DNA of 64,000 nucleotides. It comes from Callorhinchus milii (taxonomy: Eukaryota). The notes beneath the pieces are model-generated. The model had not been told where the DNA came from, made no database searches, and was given only the letters and a program-made list of their open reading frames with translations. Below, piece after piece: positions 12,452 to 22,676 of the stretch. The stretch lies in NCBI RefSeq assembly GCF_018977255.1, contig NW_024704742.1:55988001-56052000 (forward strand). Direction: 5' to 3'. Position numbers and translations under genes: made by a program. The stretch's first letter is position 1. Every line of letters starts with the position of its first letter.

Positions 12452-13647
12452 GTGTTATCCTCCTCATACTCCTGGATTTCTCCACCATGTTCAACACAGT
12501 CGATCATGCCATCCTCATCCACCGTCTCTCCTCCATCATCCACCTCAGTAAGACTGCACTCACTTGGTTTGAATCCTAGCTTACAAACCACCAGTACTAC
12601 ATTTACGCAAATATTTTTTCTTCTTGCCCCTGCCCGGTCACTTGCAGGTTACCCCAAGGCTCCATCCTTGGCCCGCTTCTCTTCCTCATCTATATGCTCC
12701 CACTCGGAGATGTCATTTGCAGACACTGGGTTAACTTTCGCATGTATGCGGATGACACTCAACTTCTCTTCCTCCAGCTGCATCCCCAGTCCTCTGATGT
12801 TCTGTCAGCTTGAATGACAGACATCCAGGCCTGGATGAGCGCTAACTTCTTGCAGTTAAATGTCAACAAGGCAGAACCCATTGTATTTGGCTCCCGTCGA
12901 TGACTTCTGTCCTCCGGTTCAGACCTCCTCAACCTGCCTGATCTGTCCTTGAAACTCTCTGAACCCGTGCACAATTTAAGTGTCAGGTTCAATCCCCAGT
13001 TATCCTTTCTCCCCCACATCCGGTCCCTGACTAGGACTGCTTTCCTCCACCTCTGCCACATTGTCCGTCTCGGACAATAGTTCACTCCACAAGCTGCCGA
13101 AGCGCTTATCCATGCCTTTGTCACCTCGCTGGTCTCCCCTCCTCCACTATTCACAAAATTAACTAATCCGAAACTCTGCGCCCGAATTTTCACCCGCACT
13201 AAACTCTGCACCCCGATTACCCCAAACCTTGCCAAACTCCACTGGCTCCCTGTCACAGAGCGGATCCACTTCAAAATCCTCACTCTGGTGTTTAAATCCC
13301 TTCACGCCTTGGTAAACCCCTATCTCTCCAACTTCCTCTCTCCTCACAGCACTACCTGCTGTCTCCGCTGTACTTGCTCCATTCTCCACCTTGACACTTG
13401 AGTCCTCCGCTCCACCATTGGCAGCTGTGCCTTCAGTCACTACGCCCTGAAGTATGGAACTCCCTCCCTCAATCCCTTCGCCTTGCTTCCTCTTTCCCTA
13501 TATTCAGGTTGCACCTGAAGACCTTCCTCTTCTACCCTGCCTATGGTCACCTTCCCTCTCCTCCTGGCTCGGCATTGGGCTCCACCATTGTAAGCGCTCT
13601 GGGATGCTGCCCAGCGTGGATGGCCCTATATAAATGTAAGTTGTGTT
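12452..13647 (+). mobile_element. L2-clade LINE, 5'-truncated, decayed reverse transcriptase plus 3' end
   Basis: Frame-broken translation gives LLDFSTMFNTVDHAILI, PQGSILGPLLFLIYMLPLG, YADD (12745-12756) and DIQAWMSANFLQLN. Ends ctatataaatgtaagttg. Confidence 0.9.
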
Positions 13648-14194
13648 TAGTGCTCTAGCATGGAATAACATTCCAAAATGTAGCAAGCTAGACATCCATT
13701 CACTTGAAGGTAATACTTAGAATCTGTTCTTGGCATTACACTGGCAGAAATTCATACCTCTGTACATTAGCTAATGGTCTTTTATCATTTGAGTGATCCT
13801 TTGAGAGCCACACAGGCAGTAACATTCATATGTAGCCTGAGGGTATGACCAGTCACTCAATCTTTAACCTAATTTTAGCCTGCTTCTATGATTCTTTTGT
13901 TTACCACAATGGATTTGAATGGTCCCTAGATTGCTGGAAAATCATGCAGGAAATCTATCCAATTCTCCCAACAACTTCCCCTGCTTCCTGTAGTACTACA
14001 AATGGCAGACTGAAAGGAAGCCAGGTTGAGACCTACATAATGGCATACAGTTGATTGGAGAGAATACTATTTATTGTATTTTGTACAGGCGGGTCTGCAG
14101 TACACTAGGGCACTGCTGATGACAGCCTAGCCAGTCTAACTCATCAGTAGGAATTGGAAGGGCAGGGGCATATACAGTGCCTCCAATGTAGTGT

Positions 14195-14447
14195 CCTGGA
14201 AAGCTTGACAGTGGCGGAGTCTGACCCCGAGCAATGGGGAGAGGTACAGAGTTTTGGGGGCATGGTGGCTGAAGGCACGGCCACCGATGGTGGAGCGGAG
14301 GGGACAAGGGACAAATAGGAGGCCGGAGTCAGCTAAGCGGAGGCAGTGAGCGGTGGAGTGAGGGTAGGCAAATCGGATAGGTAGGGAGGTGCGAGGCCAT
14401 GAAGGGATGTTAAACCAAATGAGAGGATCTTGAAATTGATCACTGCA
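14195..14447 (-). mobile_element. L2 fragment
   Basis: Minus ORF 14136..14462 has SGLLFVPCPLRSTIGGRAFSHHAP, the L2 ORF2 C-terminal motif. Confidence 0.7.
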
Positions 14448-14494
14448 TTGAGTTTTCATCACTGCAACATAATGGCGGCTGCTCAGGCTACAAA

Positions 14495-14912
14495 ATCAGT
14501 GCAGAGGAGAGCAGCAAGAATAATTCTCAGTGTTAGAGGAATAAGTTATGACCAATGATTAGACTAACTAGGGCTCTTCATCCTTGAAAGAAGCCATACC
14601 TTATGAAGGTATAAAATATTCTGATTCAAATTGAAAGTAAACACAGACCAATGCTATCAGATATGCCAATGCATTAGAGCAAGAAAGAGACAGGCTCAGA
14701 GTTGCAAAGAACAATTTCAAGACAGTTACCAGGAAGTTTTTTTTTACCCAGAGGATAATTAATAACAGGAATCGGTTACTGAGATGGGTGGCTATGGCCA
14801 AGACTGGAATCATTTAAGAAACAGTTTGATGCTGTAATGGGAGGATGGTGTTCTGGAAGGATGAGATCAAACGGGCCAAAAGGCCTTCTTCATCTAAACC
14901 TTTCTTGTGAAC
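14495..14912 (+). mobile_element. CR1-like LINE 3' fragment, old
   Basis: Translates VQRRAARIILSVRGISYDQ*LD*LGLFILE (CR1 ORF2 C-terminus), followed by 3' UTR. Confidence 0.7.
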
Positions 14913-16044
14913 CTATTCACTTCCATTTAGTGTCAGACTGCAGCCCAGGTTCTAAAAGGGTACCACATGTTTTTATTGCAGCTGTGAAGTTCAGCTACCG
15001 ACTGTGGCAAATTACATCAAAATGTTAGTCTGCAATAAATGAGTGCCAATACATTGCCAAGTTTATAATATATTTCATATCAGGAGCATTCATGAATGCA
15101 AGAAAGCACAATTATATTTCAAAGGGGCTACTTAAATACATAAAATATCCCAGATACAGGGTAAATATGCAATCTTTTACAAAGAGGCAAGCTTGTTAAA
15201 CTTGTTATACTTCTTGGAATATTCACATTCCATTTATGTAGAGTGAGAGCAGGAAGTTGAGATGCATTGGATAGTCATATCACTATGATGTCAATGGGTG
15301 AGGGGAGGTGAAGAGACAACAGTGGCCAGGCAGTTTCAATCATTCGCACAGATTAACCACCCTATACTGCTGATGGGATCGTCGACTCTTTTCAATTAGA
15401 AGATCAGTGTGGACAGCAACAGAAGTTTTAAAAGGTGGGAGCTGTGCTGACTGTGGTTGTCCTGCATCCCTGCAAAGAAATTCCCTGATGTCTGGTTTAT
15501 ACTGCTGGAAGTGATAACCAGTTCGTCCCAGCATCAAAGCGATTAGGAGCAGGAAGTCTGATTTAAATTTCCTCCTCTGAGATTGCATTAACCATGGATG
15601 AACATATTGCATCTAAGTACATGTGCAGAGCTCCACTTAATGGAGCATGCTGTTCCCAAACTGAGGATCATACCTAGGACTTTCCCACTCGAAATGGCTC
15701 AAACACAATTTATGCTGTGATTTTTATGCTGATTTGGCATTTTTGTGCACCAAATCAACATACAGAAGCACATTATAAACTAACTATTAGATTGGAGAGT
15801 AGTTATTGGGGTTGCAACAACACTTTTTAGGGCTGGTATAAGAAAAATTGCAGTGTGATACTTAATATTCCTTATTGCAAAACCTCCAGATTGAGTCCCC
15901 ATTTGCAGTCATGTGCTGAATATGGTCATCAGAATAAACATCATAGTAAGATTAGCTTTGGTGTTAATTTACTTGCAGTAAATCACCAAACATTTGCATC
16001 TTTGTCTGTTCTGTACTGTTAAACAGTTTTTTTTTCTCTGTTGA

Positions 16045-16270
16045 CAATTTTCTCCTCTTTTCCTGAGGGTGTTTGAATTGTTTGAATTGTGCCAGGAATC
16101 ATTTGGTAACTTGGCCAAGTGGCCATTATTCGGCTACGAGCTTTGACAATGATTGTCGGCAGCTATTCAGTTGCACTGGCATTGAGGCCAGAACTGACTG
16201 TGACTTTATCTGATGCCCACACATGTGCAACTGCTGTCGGGGTTGCCAGGAACCTTGTCTTCCTGAGCTG
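16045..16270 (-). repeat. Ancient unassigned interspersed repeat, copy 1
   Basis: Reverse complement contains aatagctgccgacaatcattgtcaaagctc...aataatggccacttgg, alignable to the 31375 and 42775 copies. Confidence 0.5.
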
Positions 16271-17772
16271 GCTGTACCATCAAAGAGCTCTGTTAACTAT
16301 TAAACATAAACAAATAATATTGTACTCCTAACAAGGATTGTTAGGGTTAAGTTTGAACTTTTGCATTCATATTTTGGAAGAATTTACAGTCACAAAGCAA
16401 TAGGAAAATCACTATTGTTGCTGGCTTTAGCTAAATTGAACTTCTTGTATTTGGATGAGTTTCTAGTTTCAAAACATTGGCAGATGGATGCAGGTCCTTT
16501 TTATCTGGAAATGTATTTTGGGAGACCTGATGCTAGGAAGCTAGACTTTTAGTTTTCATGTGCTCCCGCATTCCGTTATGGAAAATCTATGTTGGACAAT
16601 AGCATACTCATAGTAATCCATGTCTAGGATTGATAATGATAATTTCTGTGTCCTTTCTTGCCTAAGCAGTAATGAAGGGTAAAAATGGTCTAGTTTCTAT
16701 ACTTAAAATGCTCGGAATAAGAAGCTGTGTAGTCATAGCAAATAGCAAATTAGTAAGTACTGGAATTAAAAAGATTACATGTACTAGGATAATAGTGTAG
16801 AATAGCGCAGTCTAACCTTTTGTCTGCTGAGGGCTGGATGCCGCATCTCAGCAGGGAAGCTGAGGAACCCCTGTTATAGCGCCTTTTGATATAGTGCTGG
16901 CTCACTTATAGCTGTAAGCTGAACTCTATATTGGAAAAGAGAGAATTAAAGAGGTGATCTTTTTGAAGTTTTTCCATCAGAACAACGACAGTAGATAACC
17001 TGGACTTGAGAAGAAATCCACAACAAGTAGTTACAGTCTCAAGGTCAGAAGAGCTGGAGATGGTTTTGATTTAATGGCTTTACTGGTTGATGTGTGTAAC
17101 AGTTCACCTCAGAAAGAAGTGAACTTCAAGAGCAAATTACATTGTGTTCAATGTGTTCAAATGTAAACTGTTTTGATGGCTTAATGCAGGGGTGGGCAAT
17201 TATTTTGGCTGGCGGGCTACTTCACGAGTTTTGGCAAACTTCGCGGGCCACACACTTAATATAGAGGCAAATGCTTAATAATAGCTCAAAATCAAGGCTT
17301 ACACTTGTACATGCATAAAATAAAGTCTATATAATTGATATTCATTAAAATTAGTTTAAATAAAAATAACTCATTGAGCAGACATTTATTCGATATTTAT
17401 TCACTTATTCACATATTGATGAGAATGTGAGAAGCTCACTCAATGGGAAGAATGAAAGCACTGATGTGATGTGTGTTAACCAGACAATTGAAGTCAGGCA
17501 TTGTCTCCGTTGTTGCAATGTGGAGTACTGCTGCAAGGTGGTCATCAGTCATCACAGATCTGTGTTTTGATTTATTGAATTTCATCAAAGAAAATGACTC
17601 CTCGCATATGTATGTTGATCCAAACAGCATAAGCATCCTCTGCGGATGAGCATTTATTTTTGGAAAGGTATATTCATTAAGAGAGGCATAAAAACTGGGA
17701 AGCGGCACTGATTTGAATTACTACGCAAGCAATGGATCACATTGCAGGTCAATAAGCTCGAGTTGGAGGTCA

Positions 17773-18114
17773 AATGGGGCTTTGTCAACATCAGATAAGA
17801 AAGGTGAAGACAGGTCATTTCAACCAAATTGAAATGTTGGAATCGGCGAGAAAATTCGGCATGTAAGCCAAGTAGTGACAAAATATTCTTTGTAAAGCTT
17901 TGATCGGAAACAGTAATCTGCTACAAAGTTGGAAGGTGGGCGAATGGGGCTTTGCCAACATCAAATAAGAAAGGTAAAGACAGGTCATTTCAATCAAATT
18001 GAAATGTTGGAAACGGCGAGAAAATTCGGCATATAAGCCAAGTAGTAACAAAATATTCTTTTTAAGGCTTTGATCGGAAACAGTAATCTGCTGCAAAGTT
18101 GGAAAGTGGGCGAA
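17773..18114. repeat. Tandem duplication, 170-bp period, inside the hAT transposase
   Basis: aatggggctttg starts at both 17773 and 17943; about 11 mismatches between units by manual count. Confidence 0.9.
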
Positions 18115-18141
18115 CAGCCGGTTTCCTATCTGACACGATAA

Positions 18142-18520
18142 AACAACAACAACATGGATTTATATAGCGTCCTCCACGACGGATGGCGTCTCAGAGCGCT
18201 TCACAGTAACAGATCCCGGGGCCGAGCCAGGGGGAGGGGGAAGAAGGTGACCAAAGGCGCGGTTGAAAAGAAAGGTCTTCAGCCGAAACCTGAAATAGGA
18301 AGAGAGGGGGCGAGGCGAAGGGAGTGAGAAAGGGAGTTCCAGAGCCTCGGGGCATAGTGGCTGAAGGCATGGCCGCCAATGGTGGACTGGAGGATTCGGG
18401 GGACATGGAGGAGGCCAGACCCGGTGGAGCAAAGGCAAAGGGCACTGTTGTGAGGAGAGAGGAGGTCAGAGAGGTAGTGGGGTGCAGAGGAGTGGAGGGA
18501 TTTGAAGAAGAGTGAGGATC
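18142..18520 (-). mobile_element. L2 3' fragment inserted in the hAT transposase
   Basis: (CAA)n tail and L2 body (STIGGHAFSHYAPRLWNSL). The transposase reading (KLFLF / SCQIGNRLFAHFPTL) resumes on either side. Confidence 0.88.
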
Positions 18521-19699
18521 CAAAAAGAAATAATTTTATCATAAATTACTTGACACTGCAATACAAATCATGCACAAAGGCCCCGTTCCATTGCAGTTTT
18601 GAATTCAGTTCATTCATGTGGCCCATGATATCAACGGCAAATGCGAAATCAGAGAGCCAATTCGCATCATTCAGCTGTGGGAAATCCGAATCGTTTTGTT
18701 TCATGCCCAAAAATTAATCAATCTCTGTTCTCAGTTCCCACACTGTTTTCAAGACCTTTCCTAAACTAGGCCATCTTACATTTGTGTGATACAGAACATC
18801 TGTTTGCTCAGATTCCAATTCCTCAAGCAGAGTTACAAATTGGTTTAATGTAGTTTAATCCTCTTGCTTGAATGTAGTTGACCACTTTCGTAACTGTGTC
18901 CACGACATTGCTTAGTTTTAGAACACTCTTACAGATGAGCTCTTGGTGGATAATGCAGTGTAGAAAAACAATATTCTTTTGCCCATCCCTGGCATAATGG
19001 GTAAAAGCACCATTTGAGGTACAGGAGGTTTACTGGATACATTGGAATGGTAACACAGTAGAAGTCAAATGTCTTTGGTTGAATGGGAGAGGGATAAAAT
19101 TGGAAGAGAAAATGTTGCTCGTGGGGGAAAAAAGATTTATGCTGATTGTGATGGGGATTGAGGAATATGAGATAGAGGGAAAGAATAGTTAGGAAATGGG
19201 CCAGTTCTGCTTTTCAGTCATGTTCATATCGATATTGCTTAAACCTTGAGTGGTTTTGCCTGATATTGCTCACTTTGTTGTCAGATTCATTTTCTCTATT
19301 GGTGCAGTTCATAAATGGTGAGCTGCGCCTATGAGTCTTGTGAACTGCTTAATGGAAGTGGGCTGATTAAAGGCCAGCAAGTCTAGTGAGATTTAGAGTG
19401 CCAGCTTCACATTATCAGATTTCCACGTGTGTAAGTCATAATTTATGGGTTGCATATATTACTGTGAAAATGGAAGCTATGCCTTATTTACTTAGTCTTA
19501 ATAATAGAAGACAAAAAATTCTCTCTGTCCCATTTTCTTGTGCTTCTTCCTGCTCTGATGTTGTACGCTGAATGAAGTTACTCTTAATATTTTAATAACC
19601 CGATGGAGCCTTTATTAATTTTACTAAATTAAAAGTATAGATATGTATAAGTTATAAGAGATGAAATATGGGGATGATGAGAACAAAGGGAAAGAATAA

Positions 19700-20288
19700 T
19701 GTTAGAAAATAAAGTCAGCCATAATCCGTTTGCAACCAGATATCAGACTGTTTTATTATTATTCGTTCGTTATTCCCCAATATCCCGATGGGTCAGACCA
19801 AAGGCCGGTACAATCAACAGATCTTATAACAGAATAATACCACCGTAGATATCTTGAGTTCAACACTGTGTCTTTACAGCACACAAGCTTGATTCTTCAT
19901 GCTTTCAGTCTTCTTGCTTTACAGCTTTCAATTTTCCATCTGATATCCTCAGTCTTAGTGTTTCCAGCTCTCAGTCTTCCATCTCCCATACCCTTGTCTC
20001 CTCAGCCCGGGACGGCCCCATCTCCCGTACCCTTGTCTCCGCGACCCGGGACGGCCCCATCTTCTTTTAAGTGACTGGTTATTTCTTATCAGTATCCCGG
20101 GATGGTACCACGGTCCTCTAGTTTAAGCAACTTGCTCGTTAGCTGCTATTCTTGAGGGTTGCCTTTTGTTGCTCTTGAGTGTTAATCATGAGTGTCAGTC
20201 CAGTTGGCCCCCACACTTACTTAAAAGTTAACCCGTTCGCAACATCTATTATGATTCTAACATTATACAAAAAGTCTATATTCTAACA
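19700..20288 (-). mobile_element. LTR (589 bp) of a retrovirus-like element, antisense to FAT1
   Basis: Perfect terminal inverted 8-mers TGTTAGAA...TTCTAACA; adjacent PPT; minus-strand AATAAA at 19752-19757; TATA-like CTTAAAAG near 20064-20071; internal 39-bp tandem repeat; CpG-rich. Confidence 0.7.
19979..20062. repeat. 39-bp tandem repeat (about 2.2 copies) within the LTR
   Basis: ccatctcccRtacccttgtctcc....cccgggacggcc starts at 19979, 20018 and 20057. Confidence 0.9.
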
Positions 20289-20299
20289 GTCCCCACCTT
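20289..20299 (-). promoter_or_regulatory. Polypurine tract preceding the LTR
   Basis: Minus strand reads AAGGTGGGG-AC|TGTTAG: a purine-rich tract, a 2-nt spacer, then the TG of the LTR. Confidence 0.6.
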
Positions 20300-22559
20300 G
20301 ATACCGAATGTACGTGAGGTATCACAAAACTACAAAAAGAATATAATACAAAGTCAGAAAAATAATGCAAGGTTACACAACCTGATAGTACAAAAAGACA
20401 GATAATACAAAGTAAGAAAAATAGTACAAGGTCACACAACCTGAGATGGAGGATGGTACTTCCAGGAGGCAAACTCTCTTAATGAGCTTTCTCTCAAGTT
20501 TCACAGCTCAGTCATAACCAACAGGTTATTTCGAGCGACCACAGTCACAATTGAAATACAACAACATTGAATTACTGTCGGTCCCGGTCCCTCTCCTTAC
20601 CTGGAGGTAATAGAGGATTTCCCACTGACTGTTCGAACACCTGAAAGTTACTCTCATCACTTACGCAATTTCCACATCGACACACAATATATCAAATTAT
20701 TTGAATGTCGATAACAGCTCTGCCTGCACAGTGAATTGATTGGCATCAGGGTTGACTAAGAGGTTGATATTTTAACAAGAATTATATTTTGATTTCTGAA
20801 GCATATTGTAGATTGGCAATGAATTTATTGTGTGCTGACTGGTTTCATCGCAAAAGAGATTGATGAGAATATTTTTTTATTTTTGGTGGGGAGCTTGTTG
20901 CAATCCCCTTTGTCAAAAATACAAAACAGAATAATTATTTTGCATCTGATGTTGTCACTTTGCCCTCTCTGAAGTGTTTTAGACCCGAAATCAACCTGGT
21001 ATTTATTACATTCTGGTCATAATTTCCATTTTACTCCTTCTGTTATTTGCTTCATTGATCTAACAACGTTTGAATGGTGATCACCTCAAAAAGAAGTGAA
21101 GAACTGGTTATCCTTGCGAATTGGCAAGATCAACAAACTGGATAATTAGGTATCACGAAAAATACAAAACGACTACAGATCTAACTAGAAAATTGTTCTC
21201 TCATGAATTAAATTGTCACTATAGTACAACACTGCCAGACCTTTTCATTCGCTGCCACTCTCTAACCTGTTTTCTCTCTCAGACTGTCTCCCTCTCTACC
21301 TCCCTCTCTCGCTTTCTCTCTTTCACTCTGCCTCTCTGAATCTCTCTTAGTTCTCTACATTTCATTGTATAACTATCCTTTTCTGACTCTGACTCAATTC
21401 TACAAAACAGTATAAAGACTTGCTAATGTGAAATTTACGTTCACGCAAAAATCATGTTTTCTCTTGCCTGCATAAATGCAAATAGATCAATTTTTTTGCT
21501 GATAATCTCACAGCCGGTGTCCACTCCATCTCCAGAGCCCAGTGTGATAAACAGACATGCAGATAATTGATGTGCAGATTACTGTATGTGCTACTGCAGT
21601 CAAATTTTATACTTGAGTCAAAAATAAGAACATTTAATTGCCTGCTATCTATAACATTCAGTGAATTGAATATGTATTTTTTAACCGCAGGATCTTTCCG
21701 ACTGAAAGAGAACCTTTTTTTTAATGAATCTGATTCATGTACCCACCTGATCTCAAATGTTGCCAAAACCCTTTGGCTGTAGCTTTTTAATGGCTGATAT
21801 ACCTAATCCACATGACTTTTTATTTAGTTTCACAACTGAATGAGCAGGAGATATTTTACTAATAAAGAACAGAGCAGCAACTGATTTGCTCTAAGCTTTA
21901 GCTTCAAGCCCTGAAAATTATGAAAATCTATTGTTCTGAGTGTACTAGTTCAAACGATTGAGAGCCCAGCAATCCCCCATGCTTGAATAAATTATCCAGA
22001 TGAGGGGAGAGTGGAATAACAAATGCATTCTTACTTTGCGTTCTGACTTCACCTGTGATCCACACACGGCCAAATGTATGGTTGGGTATAGAAAGCCTGT
22101 CTTGTTAAAATGTTTTTTTCTTCAGTTAATGTATCACATGATCCTTTGTTAGTACAAAACAAGAGAGGTTATAGAAAGCACAGTCTACAAGGTACTGTGA
22201 TAGAAACAGTGCAGCTTCATGTTGCAGACTTTGTTGAGGGACTATTAAATGGTATCTGCCTTTTTATCATCACCATTTCTAATGCATTCCATTTGGGTAG
22301 TCCTGTCTCTGTTTACATCATGCAACATTCAACCATGAACAATATGGCTTAATTTTTAAATTAAAGACTGGTGCTTGCTGGGGATATTGAGACTTGAGAC
22401 AAACGCATGAGAACAAATTTGAACTTGGCAATACTATTGTCTACTCATCTGGTCTGGAATTGGAGTTGCTGCAGAGGAATGCTGACCAAATATTTCTTCC
22501 CACAACTGTGCCATTTGGCAGATGTTTGCAGCAAGAATTTTTAACGTGCAGTTATGCTT

Positions 22560-22676
22560 TTACGTTTCGCCCACAAAATATACAGTCACTACACTTTATA
22601 GTATATTCTTTGAAGCGCTTTGAGACGTCTCAAAGATACTCTGAGTGCTATATCAAATGCAAGGATTATTATTATT
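22560..22676 (+). mobile_element. SINE 3' fragment
   Basis: cgcccacaaaatatacagtc...aagcgctttgagacgtc...tatcaaatgcaaggattattatt. Confidence 0.75.

Larger units (their letters stand above)
17187..18991 (-). mobile_element. hAT (Buster/Charlie, GTF2IRD2-like) DNA transposon, internally deleted, with transposase pseudogene
   Basis: TIRs CAGGGGTGGGCAA (17187) and TTGCCCATCCCTG (ends 18991); 8-bp TSD GCTTAATG/GCATAATG. Minus strand reads FLHCIIHQE...VRWPSLG...LNSKLQ...FGSTYICEESFSLMK...DDHL, with stops and frameshifts. Confidence 0.9.

Noticed and set aside
16930..17186. Old CR1 fragment hosting the hAT insertion
   Set aside because: Only faint motif resemblance (agaggtgatctttttgaagt); too decayed to support by eye.
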